Shown piece after piece: positions 1 through 12,733 of a DNA stretch of 64,000 nt. A model generated the notes under the pieces. It was given only the letters and a program-made list of their open reading frames with translations, made no database searches and was not told where the DNA came from. Origin of the DNA: Camelus ferus. Taxonomy: Eukaryota. The DNA lies in assembly GCF_009834535.1 (NCBI RefSeq), contig NC_045697.1, positions 85,562,001 through 85,626,000 on the forward strand. Direction: 5' to 3'. Within the stretch, counting starts at the first letter, position 1. The number at the start of each line of letters is the position of its first letter. A program made the translations under genes and the position numbers.

Positions 1-114
1 ACACGTGCCATTTTAATACGAGAACGTTTAGGCATTTGAAAAAGAAGTTAAGTTCGCGCAAGCTCTGGTAAGTAAGCGAAATGAAAGTAAAGGCACAAAG
101 CCCACGTTACTCAC

Positions 115-344
115 CATGTTCTATACTGAAAGCTCCTCTCCGCTCTAGGTGAGCGTACTACAAGGGCAGATGTGGAGGGTTTGTCTTTATGACAACCTTT
201 GAATCAAACAGTAACTAAGTGGTTTAAGTAGAAACATATATTTTGAAAGGTTAATCCACCCATACACAGGGAAACCCCTTTTTTAAGAAAGTCACTCTGC
301 TGCCAAGAGGCTATTAATATTCACCTCTCGGATACAAGTACAAC
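115..344 (-). other. Candidate spliced exon of an unidentified minus-strand gene
   Basis: Minus strand: pyrimidine-rich acceptor ttttatctgtag| before 344. The exon ends ...TATAGAACATG|GTGAGT (ATG 117-115, donor 114-109). An alternative acceptor ctgcccttgtag| would give a 43-nt exon (157-115). Splice motifs only. Confidence 0.3.
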
Positions 345-3300
345 CTACAGATAAAAGATGTGAAAATACCACAGAGGATTCCCTCTTAGTCGCTATGTTG
401 TAATGGAAACACAAGAAAACAACATACCTCTTCAGGCGCTTGGGGGTACTACAGGAAATCCACCTGCCCACTTCATGGAAAAGTTATATCAGCTTAATAG
501 GGCCACAACACATAAACACAAATGTAGAATTTGTATAATTTACTGTAAGGACCACATAGGTCACACACTCATTTCTAGGAATGTTCCTCTGTTTCATCTT
601 CCTATTTCTTTCCCTGAGAGAGCTAGCACCCAGGTTAACATTTAAACACTCATTCTTTAAAGTAATTTAGAAATAAGCCCACTCCCTTCAGATAAAAAAA
701 AAAAAAAAGAGTTGATGAGTGTTTTCTTAGAGAGGAAATTGTATTTATGGTCTCTATATTCCTTTACTGGCATTAGAGGATAGAAATAATATATGTTTTC
801 TCACCAAACTATAATTATTAGCAGTGGGAAAACTCTCCAAAGGGAAAAACAAAATTTGTGCCAATTCAGAAATGAAATCATTGTGGATGAGATACCAGGT
901 AGCAATCATTAGTGCTTATATACACCACTGATTGTATTGAAGTGGTCACTTTCTCGTACACATAGTGAAATTAGGTAAACTGCCAATAGCATGCTGGCAA
1001 TATGCTGGAGAAGACAGATCGTACCAGAGTCTGACTGTTTGGTACACTTCAGCTGTCACCACAGCAGTCACTGCGCTTCAGAAAAGTAGGCTGATACCAT
1101 CAAAAGGTCCCACTTCTACAATTCCACTTCCCCAGATACACTTTGGAAAGTCAGCAAATCCCAAAGAGAACTTCAACATTATCTTTTTCATGACAAAAAT
1201 GTTATAAACCTCAATCCTGAATGGTAAAGTCATGAGTGTTATTTTTGTGTGTGTGTGCTTTTTCTCTGTATTTTCAAAATTTTTCCAGAAAAAAAAGTCT
1301 ATAATGCCATATAGCTTGCACATACCATTAACTTAAAAAAAATCTAAAAAGAAACTAGGGAGGAAACAATGTCCTTAATCTGAGTTATTAAAGTAAACAT
1401 ATTTGATATGAAAATACCAATATTGTCATTTCAAGATCTCCTGGAGTATTTTGAGCATGTCTTTTAAAAGGTCTTTTGAATGAACACAAAATGACATTTA
1501 CCCTGTTAGTTTCTTTCCATGTGAGAAAAATAATTACCTAATGTTTCACAGGAATATGCCATTTTAGTGTAATACCAAAAGAGCAAGGAGACATTTATCA
1601 GCCAACAGCAATAAGGTGGAAAGTCAAGTCATTTTGTAGACTGGAAGCCTAGATCTAACTGATATTTTCCTTTTCTGAAATTTCCTTGAAAATTAAATAA
1701 GAGTGCTCCACAAGTGCCCCATGTAATTGCTGCTATTAAAACTTTGAGGTGCTCCCACAGGGTGTCTAAGGACCAATCTTATCTCAAGCCATGTGCCTCT
1801 TTATTTGATGACCACATAAATTAAAGGGTGTGGAAAAAGCAGGGACGTTTCTTTCAAAGTTCACTGATGGTTAAGCAGGAAGATCACTAAAAGCTATGGG
1901 ATGGACCATGAGGATGGTGATGCTAGTCAGTGGAAAATGGAGTAAGAGATCATTTTCATTTACCTCATGCAAATGTTGGAGAAAAAAGGGTCCCTAAAGC
2001 ACAAGAACAGATCTTGTTATCTACACCTCCCACCATTCTAACCGTAAGGGGGACGCTGGCCCCTGTCTAGAACACCATCGTGAAACACAGGCATTACTGG
2101 TCCAGAAAGCACTGTGCTGCTTCTAGTGTACATCTAAGCCACTTAGTAGCAACTGCAAGCAAAAGCTGGCTGTCTGCCCACTGAACAATTTTTACTGTTC
2201 ACAAAAGAGCATTTTGTTTAGTCATTTACCTTCAGGGAAAAATAAGGAAATGAGTTGAAAAAAAATTTAATAAAACTTGAAGACTCATACCTAAAGTGAT
2301 TGATCCAAAATTAACTTCACATGGCTTGAGGGTACAATTGTCTGAGGGGGAAGGGGAGAAAAGGGAGAAAATGAGACTGGTGAAGTAAGACAAGGCCACC
2401 GAGAGTTGAGTTTGGGGGAAGAGAACGTCTTGTTCAATATTTCTTCCTTTGTCCGGAACTAATATTGAGAGTATTAAAGAGGCTAAGGTAAGGAAGTTCC
2501 CCAGCTTTAGGCTTGGGAAAGGGCAAATCCACCCTGTCTCTAAAGATGAGCTGAGTGTGTCACTCAGTCATAAGGCTCCGGTGGACCTCAGCTGCACCTC
2601 ACGTGCAGGCCGTCCACAGGGGTCCTCAGGAAGACAGGGAAAGTGCTTCCACATGCTTGCTTTCTGGCAAGATTCCAGGCCCTCTCTCCTCCTCCCTACC
2701 ACTAACTCAGGCTCCTTTCCCTCTCAGCATCCCAACATCCCAGATTCCAAATCATGAGTAAGAATGGAGGCTGAATGGAGACCATCACGTAGGTACCACA
2801 GCTAAGAAGTTCACAGGGTTTTCTAAGAAATGTAAAACCAACCTAGCAATGTTTGTACCATGAACTACAGTTTCCTTGGGAGTTGTTCAAATGAATTGTC
2901 TGTTGGGTGAGAGCTTCCTGCAGGTTAGGGACATTTGATGAGCCTCCAGAGTCCTTCAAGAGGGAGGCCATGGCCTCCCGCCAAACTTTGGTCCTCACTG
3001 TTTCCTTGAGAGATTCAAACCAGAGATTGTATTTCCATTACAACTTCAGAACATCACCTGTAGCATTACTTAAAGGATGGAGATGGCTGTGCCAGGAGCC
3101 TCAACAGATTGGATATCAAACCAGAAGGGTAATATGACTTCTGCTCCACTGTCTCCTAGCCTAGTTTATAAAGGATAAAACCTAGTGTTAATTTGGGCTT
3201 TCTACTTCATCAAAAAATGGTACTTTTTTTTTTTTCTCTCAAATGGCATTTTTTTTCTCCCGGTTTCAAACTCCCATAACAACCAGGAGTATAGTTGATT

Positions 3301-4669
3301 TCACTATTTGATAAAATTTCATCTGGATGAAAATTGACATGAAGAACAGACAATTTTTGTCATCATTTTGCAAACTTGAATACCCATTCATAAAACTCTA
3401 GGAACAGTTATACTTGTGATATGATGCTTAAATTTGATTTTCTTCCCCACTTTTTTTTCCCCAATAGAACTATCATTTTAAGGAACTCAGTAGTTCTATG
3501 CATTTTCCCTGAGTTCTTCCTCATTACTGTGTGTATGTGTGTGTACATGCTTTTTTCCCCCTTTAACTCCACCACAGGTAAGAAAGGGCTAAACAGCTCA
3601 TAATTTACATCAGTTCTACTTTTTCCTAAGGACTAGATCCCATTTTTCTCTGAAAAATTCTGCCAAAAAGAGGATACATCAGGCAAACAGTCGGGAGAGA
3701 GAAGGGGCATAAATCTCAATTCCAAAGAGGATGAAAGAATGGATATGAATCATACATGCAGATAAATCAGAAATGCAGCTGTTTGGGACCAAAGTCTAGT
3801 TATCACTGTACACCAGGCCAAAGATGTGGTGATCTTTAAAAGGCAACCCCAGGTGTGAACAGAGCAGACACATCCCAGGAGAACTCTGACGATCAAACCC
3901 TTAGCCTCTTAGCCTCACCACAACTGCGTCCCTTCCTGTTTCCAACACACATTAATATGTTTTCACACCCAAATTCAGGAACCATACCTGTTTTTAACAT
4001 TACATTTGCTTTTGATTATTCCTGTCTTACAGGAATTACCACCCGAAGAGCAGTAACTTAGAAGTCAGGCATTTTGGACCAGATTTTATAAGACCAACAC
4101 TGAATAATTTATACATTCTCCATCTGTGTGAAAACTGACTTTGGGTACTGGAAAGACTACACATCCTATTTGATGGAACCATTCTCTTATAGCAGTTTCT
4201 TGTTTTCAATTGAAAATCTAAAACAGAAAAATTACTTCTGATCTTAAGCTGTGATTTCCACCTTCTATGACCCTCATTTATAGTCAGTTGTCTTCATGCG
4301 ATCTTTAGATGTTTAACTCCAAATCTACAGCATCACAGGGTTTGTACACTTGGGAATAGACAGGAACTTTAAAACTGTAAAAACAGGTACTAAAATGATT
4401 AGCTTTATGGATATTTTATGGGAAAGTCATTTACTGTGCTGAAGTCTGGGAGGGGGTCTCAGTGTTTTATCCCAAAGGACTCAGAAGGTTACATAACAAG
4501 GGGAAGACTTCTAGCTCCAGCACTCTGAAACTCACATGATGATTTTGAAGCTTGTATTGGAAATAATTTTGTACACCAAGGAGAAAAGTCCTGAGGTCTG
4601 TTTATAGATGTATAATTTAAACCAAAGCATTATTCTCCTGTGGCAGTCATTCTAACAACCTTACCAGGA

Positions 4670-4772
4670 ATCAGATTCATTTAACCCCTGGAGATTTCAG
4701 TTCCTTTACCTAAAAATGGGATTGGAACAGATGATGCCTAAAAATCCCATCAGGGTCAAAGATTCTATGATT
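4670..4772 (+). mobile_element. MIR3-like SINE fragment
   Basis: ttcagttcctttacctaaaaatggg core followed by a ...gattctatgatt tail. Confidence 0.55.
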
Positions 4773-5784
4773 TGGTATCACCCGAAACAGCAAACAATAC
4801 ATTTCCATTTTGATTGGTTTTATGCTTTTTTAATGTCTCTTGTACAGTTGAGAAAGACTACCATAAAAATATAACACATTGTTCAACAGTGTGTCTACTC
4901 TGAGTTGATTCTACTCATGGAATTATGTTAACTCTTTCAGCTCTTAAACCAAAGTTACCAAAGACTTCGAAGAGCTGGACTCCCAGCACAACTACAAAGT
5001 TAAACACTTGAATGCCTAATTTACTGCCAAGGAATAATGAGGCCTTAGGGAAAACTCTTCTCATCATGTCCTTCATTGTTGTGTAAAAACATTTGACAGT
5101 AAGGGGAAGTACTTTACTCTGAAGGAAATTTTCTCTATTTTACAAAGATATTAGTGTTCTAGAGAGTCAAGATTAACCAAGGACCCAAAATAATAATTAT
5201 TTTTCCTTTAAATTTTTAATTATAAATGTCAAACATAAGACTGACGAAAAGTCTGAGAGTATAAAACTATATTATATGGAAAGAGTAAAAACTGGAGAAG
5301 TAACTTCTGACATGAGGCTATGATAACATCATTTTCAGATAATTTGGTGCATGTTCCTCCAGTTTTATCTTCTCCGAACACATAATAATCGGTATCATTA
5401 TTTAGTGTACTGTTTTGTTCCTGGAGGAAGCTAACAAGTATTACTATTGACAATAATATTTTTTGATTGGGTGAGACTAAGAATACTTCTTGCAATTCAA
5501 TAAATTATAGTTTCTCTATCTACTAAAGTGGAGAGAGAGAATTAAAATAAAATGATAAGTTGAAGAGATTTTTATGGTCATTCTCTCTGGTTTTTTAAAT
5601 TGTGAATTAATGAACCATGTAATATAAAGAATAAACATATATGGATAGAGCCCATTGTTGAAATTAAGCCAGGTTTATAGTAAAAGTCAGCTTGGATAAT
5701 TTAATGAAATATTATCATTGTTGTGTGATAATTAAATATAAATGGAAGCAATTTACATTTTTGAGTTTGATGATGATGATAATT

Positions 5785-6330
5785 GAGAATAACAACTAGC
5801 AATAATTTCTGATCATTTATTTTGTACCAGATGCTTTACATACATTATTTCCTTGCTAATTAATGTGACATTTTTGGGCCAGCAAAAACTTGTAGGGAAG
5901 GCAGAATCTCAGGAGCCATCCTAAACTCACTGAATCAAAATCTGCATTTTAACAAGATCTCCAGGTATGAGAGGGAATCTCATTAATGAAAGTAAAGTCT
6001 GAGGAACTTTGTATTATTTCATTTATTCTTTCCAGCAACTGGCGAATATGATATCACTAGCCTCCTATTACCCATGAGGAAAATGAAACTCAGAGAAGCA
6101 GAGCTAGTATTCAAAATATTTGATACCTGATTGAATACAGGCATCAGCCAATAAGAAAGGAGACCTGAACAAGAGTATGTTCAGGTGTCCGACAACAGCC
6201 CTGCCGAGAACTGAAGGACTCAGCTAAGCCACTTTATCTCAGCCAGTAATTAGCATAGCTAATTCAGACTGAGATTCAGATCCTGGTTTGTGAGTCACAG
6301 AAACACATATTTTTTACACTATCCCACACA
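5785..6330 (-). mobile_element. MIR SINE fragments, interrupted by a MER5-like element
   Basis: gctttacatacattattt, atgaggaaaatgaaactcagagaag and gagattcagatcctggtttgtgagtc match the reverse MIR consensus. Confidence 0.65.
5885..6010. mobile_element. MER5A-like hAT-Charlie non-autonomous DNA transposon
   Basis: gcagaatctcagg...actgaatcaaaatctgcattttaacaagatctccaggt, a diagnostic MER5A stretch. Confidence 0.75.
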
Positions 6331-6615
6331 GTGATTATTATGACTGTTACACAAATAAACCAAAAATTTCTAAGGTCAGCGAGAGTATGAGGGAGCTCCA
6401 AAGCTGAATTTAAAAGACATCACTGTTTCCAATTTTCCTCTGCCCATTCACTTCCTCATTTCAATCCCTCTGCCTTATCATTCTACTTGAGGATATCTAG
6501 ACCCAGAGTGACCCAAAGTGGTGTGGTGTCTCCATCAAAAAATAAAGCCCAGGCCCCTTGGAGATGGGTAGAACATGATACTCCAAGGGTGGGCCATTTA
6601 CCTGCAAAGACCCTC

Positions 6616-7243
6616 TGTGATACTGTGGTAAAGGGCTCTTAAAACCCTTGGCATTTCCCAAGTGATGAGTGCAAATGGTATCTTTTTTTATGTTAATGAG
6701 ACAACTTTTGGACCACAGCTAAGGATGGAAGCTGGCTGTCTAGAGAACCAACCATGTAATTAAAGAGTTGGAACTTTCAGTCACAACTTTAGGAGGAGAG
6801 TGGGGCTAGAGTTTGAATCAGTCATCAATGGCCAATGATTTGATCAACCATGCCTGTGTAATGAAGCCCTCATAAAACCCCAAAGGGACAGGGTTCTGAG
6901 AGCTTGGAGGTTGGTGAACGTGTGGAGATTTGGGGAGAGGGCATGGAAGCCTGTTGCCCTTCCCTTCCATCTTTCTCTATGCATCTCTTCTATCTGACTG
7001 TTCCAGAGTTATATCCTTTTAAAATCAATTGGTAATCTAGTAGGTAAACTGTTTCTCTGAGTCCGTGAACTGCTCTAGCAAATTAACTGAAACTGAGGAG
7101 GAGGCTGTGGGAGCCTCCAATCTATAGCCCATCAGTCAGATGCACAGGTGATAACTTGGATTTGAAATGAGTGTCAGAAGTTGGTGGGGAGCAGTCTTGT
7201 AGGACTGAGCCCTTAACCTCTGGGATCTGATTCTACTTCCAGG
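6616..7243 (+). mobile_element. MER21-family solo LTR
   Basis: Starts TGTGATA. Contains caatggccaatgatttgatcaaccatgcctgtgtaatgaagcc and gggggagcagtcttgtaggactgagcccttaacctctgggatctga, typical of MER21. Confidence 0.85.
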
Positions 7244-7954
7244 ACTTGATGGCTGAAACATCCTTTTGTTTACTGAGACAGCAGGCGACATTCTTTGCCC
7301 ACAGGTTTCCTTCCAATTAGAACAGGAAGCTGTGGGAATCCTAGTTACTGTATTCCAAATCACTTGTTTGTGGGAGGTGAGGTCATTCTACATGGTTTGT
7401 ATGTCTCTGAGGCCATGAACCACCCCAGAAATCTCTCTTCTGGCTGTTGGTTTTTCTCAACCTCTGAGATGTCTGTCCTGTCTTGTGTCACTGGTAGAGT
7501 TTAAAAGACTCAACGTCTTCTCCTGAGGATCTTGAGACTTGTGCCCTCTGTGAATTTCTCCAGTTTATGGTAGAAACACCTTATGCCCATTAAAGCTTGC
7601 TTGATTACAAGTCAGACAGTAATAACCACCTCCACAAAGAATGTGGGGTCTATCAGTGAAGCACAGCAATAAATCTGCATTGATGAAAGGAAGGACAGTA
7701 ACCTAAATACTTGTCATTTCTCAGGAAATCTAGTGCTTCATGGATGTTGGCTGAAAAGGGTTGGCAATGTCACAACTTCATAAGAGAGACATTGAGTTTT
7801 AAGTTACTGAAACAATACAGTATTGTGTAAATTTGATTCTCTACCCAAAATAGCCAGTTTTGAACCATGCGTTCAACTCCAGATTGCAATTCGGATTTCA
7901 GTGACATTTTGTCAGTGTTTCATGGGTAACCCAGTAGTGTTCTTAAAAAAAAAA

Positions 7955-8100
7955 AAAGACAGCAGAAGCAAACTGGCTCCAAAATTATACAACTTTGCTT
8001 CCTGCATATTATACAGGCAAAGCAAGCTACAAGGCCAGCCCAGATTCAGGGAACAGAGAAATAGACTCTACCATAGTGACGGGAGAAACAATGCGACTTT
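7955..8100 (-). mobile_element. MLT1 (MaLR) LTR fragment
   Basis: aaagcaagctacaaggccagcccagattcagggaacagagaaatagactctacc. Confidence 0.65.
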
Positions 8101-8149
8101 CCAGCTTCTCCCAAGAAGAGGAGAGACATGCATCCCAGATGCCCCAACC

Positions 8150-8368
8150 TCCAACCTCTGGCCTAGTTCATGGCCAGCAAACCCCACAAATCATAATTGT
8201 TTGACCAGCTGCTGACGGCAAATGTACTCGGGTCCCTGTGAGACCAGAACTGCCTCTCTGAGCCCAGGCCAAACAGGCAGCCAAGGACTTGTGACCTAAA
8301 GAATTAGTTGTTTTGTTACATCACTAACTTTTAGGGTAATTTGCTACACAGCAAAAGCTAAGTGATGG
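8150..8368 (+). mobile_element. MLT1 (MaLR) LTR 3' part
   Basis: Ends ...gttgttttgttacatcactaacttttagggtaatttgctacacagcaaaagctaa, the MLT1 3' terminus. Confidence 0.7.
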
Positions 8369-11300
8369 ACTGCCCTAGGAGATATTTTAAAATGTACAAT
8401 AACTATCAAACATTAAAACTGAATTCTGCTTTTATCTTTGTCTTTTGAAAAACATTCAGGGGTATCAAGCTCACAGCCCACAGCCCCACTTCTGAGAAAA
8501 ATAAACAAAGCAGCATAAACAATCCCCTCTCCTTTGCTCTGTAATCCCTCAAGCATGTCTGGAGCCCTTCTCCCCTCATTCTGAAACCACTCCTCAAAAT
8601 TCTGTCGAACACCCTGCCCACCCACGCTTCTTACTTCCTGTCTCTCAAAAAGCCACGCTTCGCTGCCCCTGTGAGGGAGACATTCTGGGGACCTGTCTCT
8701 GCCGAGAGGGGCAGCCTGAGGGTGCAACAGCTGCCTGCCCTCTTGTCCTCACCTGCTCACAAAGACAGCTGTAGCCGGCCTTCTTGGAAAAACTGGGCTC
8801 TTTTCTCACTCTGATTGCTTTCCTTACAAAGAAACCTCCTAAAAAACTTCCCCCTTCCCCCAAAAAACCAAACACGTCCTTCAGCTGTTACCTAAGCAAA
8901 CTCTTCTGGGGGGATAAGCAGACGTCAGGGAGTCTGGGAGTGTGAGACTCGTCCCCGCCTGCAGGTGAGGGCTGTCTGCTCTCTGCTGGACCTAGTACCG
9001 GAGTCATCCCGGAAGAACTGACCCAGAGGAAGAGCCTGAATGGCGGGGAAAAAAAGTGAGGTGGGGCTTTGAGCAAAGAGAATTTACAAGCAGAAGATAA
9101 CTTTTTATAAAGACACAGACTGTCCTCAAATGCACAAGTCGTTCCAAGTGGGAATCAGAAAACAACTGTTCTAGTGGTTGCTAGATTTAATGGGAAATGG
9201 CTCAGCATAGGTTCCACCTCAGCTGACAGCTCTACTAGACAATATTATTACTGCTAGACGTCTTAGGGCTACTGGACAGTATTAGTACTACTGGAATGCA
9301 GTACGGGGGTGCGGGTAAACTGTGGGCATCACGGTGATTTCCGTGGGAGACCAGAAGGTCTGACTTGCCAATTAGCACTCAGTCAAAACAATGAATCAGG
9401 ATATTAGGTTATTGGAGAAATTCAGCAACAAGAACCAAGGAGGTAAACAGGCCAATGTATTCAGGTGGGGAGCTGGCTTAGAGTCCGTTATCACATCTTG
9501 GAATCAGCCATGAAGGTCAGGAGTAAGAAAAACTCTTGTACCCAGAACCCTGTGAGATTAGACACAAAAATTTCTTACTTGGGTCTTTCCTTCCTAAAAA
9601 GGGTTTGTATCTACAAGTGGAAAGTTGTACAGAGCTAAACCATTTGTTCCCACCCCACTGTTAGGAAAACCCCATGTGGGGAGTAAGATGAGGCTTAAGC
9701 TTGTTGCTATGAGCAGCAGAAGGTAGAAAAGGTCAAAGGCCTTGAGTGTGATCATCTAATTCCCAGGGCCTTTCTCTGGGTTCACACATCACAGTCACAG
9801 AATAGACATGTTGGAGATCAAAGGTCTTGTCCTGGACTAAAAATTCTATCTTTAGAGATAGACAGCAACACTTAGTCGACCAAAAAGAAGAGAAATCAAA
9901 GTAAGTATGAATGTAGCAGGTACAATAGATCTGAAGATACTTGGAGGGGCTCAATGAAGTAATCGTTTACAGATGGAACATATATCTATATTTATAATGT
10001 TCCAATATATATTATATATTATTTGTATCATACATTATATATGTTCCAATATATGACATATGTTCCAATATTTATTTCTTGGAACATATTTACTTATATA
10101 AAATATATAATATGAATTAAGTGAAAATCACAGTCAATCTCTGACCTGGAATAATTCCCTCAGTGAGTATGATTTCATCCCTTTGTCATTTGTTAGCAAT
10201 GTTGACCAATGAAAGGATGATTTGAGATCGTGCATGTGTGTGGTTGAACAAAAGCACTAAGTCGTATTGGATCAGAGTCTGGAGACTTTAGCAAAAATAT
10301 AACTTCCCCGGGAAGGTCTTTTCAGGTAGAGCAGATTCTGGGGTCGCGCTGTGGACACTGTCCTTTAGACAGGATTGCTGTGTGGCAGGTGATGCTTGTG
10401 CAACTCTGGAAGCTCTGTTTAAAAGCTGTTCGTCTGTGAATTTAAGATCATGAAGTCAACTTTAGTCATACTTAGAGCTCAGATATGTTGTTTAGGAAAA
10501 TTTGTACGTCTTTAGTCATCATCTTTATGCCCTGACTGGGGAAGAAGTGTGCCACCTTGGGCCTGGATTAATCGCCTTGAAGATGGCAGCGTGTTGTTGG
10601 GATAGAGATTTCTGCAATAAAATCTCATAAGGGAATTCCACTTTCTCAGCTCAGACCTTAACTTGAGCACACAATTCATAAATTCCATGGGAATTGTCAC
10701 TATAATTGCTGCTAAGCGCTTGCAGAATCTTGAAGGTAAACGTGCTATGACTTGAAGACGAAGCTGTTGCATCAAGTAATTTGAGGGAATGGAAGAAATG
10801 AAGTAATGGGCCATTCAAACGGCTGTATTTTCAGAGTAGCTGTACAATCTACAGGACAGTGCAAAGACTTATACCATCTGCAGTGAGTTTAATTGTGTCA
10901 AACAGTCACAACTACCAACTGCCGCTCATATTTTTGAGGTGAAGAGAAAGTGCATTTTTGCCTGTCTCACTGATGAGCAACTCTCCGGGATCTTATTGCT
11001 TGACTGCCGACTGCGCACCAGGAGTAGACCCGCTATTTCTTCTTCACCCGTGACTTCTGTTCTCTCTTGTGGTGAACATCCTCCTACAGAGCTCACGTCT
11101 CATCTCCTCAGCCTTAGCCGTTGGGTCCCCAGGTTCTGGCTTTTGGCTTTATACCATTTGCATCACTTTCCACATCTCTGCAGAGCAGCACTGTAACTTC
11201 TGACTTCTGATGTGTATAATATATAGATGTATAATATTCACCTGCATAGTCCAAGCCATTTGATGAAGCATGGCTCACCTGCTGCTTACCTGTAAGAGCG

Positions 11301-11711
11301 GACTTTCTTTGGAATAGGAAGGACACTTAAAGACAAGAGAAATAACATCATCTCTCTCTCTTCCCTCCCTGCTGCTCATGGTATTGGGGGTCCAGTATTA
11401 GGATCTTCTGTTTTCCTGCCACAAGAGGAGGCAGATGTGGCGGCGGGGTGGCTAGAGGAGCGTCTTTTCTTCTGGATTCAGAGTGCATGAACATTAACAC
11501 TGCAAAGATGTTAAAACAGCAGGTGCCGTTTCAGACGCAGCTCTCTCTCCTAGCCCATCCAGAGTCTGGGCTGTTAGCTCCCTTGCCTGGTGCCTTCATC
11601 ATGGCCAAGGCCCCTGTGTCTCCTTCACCCAATAATCTGTCAGAATTTTACTAAATCATGTTTGAGGTTGTTGCTCTGAACACTCCCAGAATTTTGTGTC
11701 TAGATTCCTGA

Positions 11712-11810
11712 AGTGAGGGAGTCTGGTCTTCAAATCCTGGCTTTGTGATTTTGAGCAAGATGACTTTTAAGCTCTTTGGGCCTTACTATCCTCAGCTGTA
11801 AAATGGATTA
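11712..11810 (+). mobile_element. MIR SINE fragment
   Basis: ttcaaatcctggctttgtgattttgagcaagatgactt...cctcagctgtaaaatgg. Confidence 0.7.
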
Positions 11811-12700
11811 TTATGGTGGTGGTTATTATTATTATTATCACTATTGCAAGGTGATGATTAAAGCCTATAAAGTAAGTAGAACAGAGCAGGCTTTCTGCCA
11901 GTCAGCGTGGGCAAAAGAGAACATTCCTCTTCGCGGAGACCGGACACAGCGGTGAGGCTGTCTGAGGGTCCTATGATGCAGGGGCTAAGCTGCCCTCACC
12001 TGCAGGCCGCCCAGAGTTATATAAAGGTCATCTTTGGGGTTCTAATAGCAGTCGTAAACTCCTTTTTTGAGCTAGGTGTGTGTTATCTTTAACTCTTCAG
12101 GACATTCTTGATAAAACTTACTTCCTGGTCCTCGTTGTACTATGAAAATTAGGGAGAGCAGCACCCTCCCAGGGCCATCGGGGGCACCAGCACAGTCACA
12201 CTGGAGGGCAGGTGGTCTCTGAGGACAGAAGCCTGTGAGGCGCGCTCAGCCGCGGCAGCTGAGTGACTGCAGGACAAGTCTGCTGGAAGCGGAACACCTG
12301 AGGGCACATGACACGGCGGCCTTGGGTTCTCAGATACAACTGGGGCGATAACTGGAGAGGCACTAATTTCTAGAAATTAGGCCAAAGTAACTTGAGCCAA
12401 AGTTGGGGCAAAAGAGGAAGTACCTCCCCAGGTTGTGGTGTCAGGCGCTGGGTCGGGGAAGGAAGCCTTGCACTCGGTTTAATCGCCCCATATTCACGAG
12501 GAGCAAAGGGGCCTCCACAGCGACAGGCACGGCCTCTCAATCTTGTCAGAGCTCTCTAGGGAAGCCACGGGTCCCCGGGGTCATCTCCGTCTGCCAGATC
12601 TTCAGTGCCCACCAGAGACCTTTTCTGGTGGTGGGGGGATTATAAAAATAACAGAAAAGCTGTGGGACTTCTGTTTTATATTTCACTTTATTTGCCTTTC

Positions 12701-12702
12701 TA

Positions 12703-12733
<31 letters not shown>
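12701..12733. repeat. (TG)n microsatellite
   Basis: Directly visible TG dinucleotide run, followed by a CA-rich low-complexity tract to ~12800. Confidence 0.95.

Noticed and set aside
60..3585. Plus-strand donor-like motifs (TG|GTAAGT ~68, AAG|GTAAGG ~2488, CAG|GTAAGA ~3578)
   Set aside because: No matching acceptor or reading frame chain; expected by chance at this density.
10512..10814. 100-aa minus-strand ATG ORF in unique DNA
   Set aside because: No recognisable homology or splice context. It cannot be supported without conservation or ribosome-profiling data.
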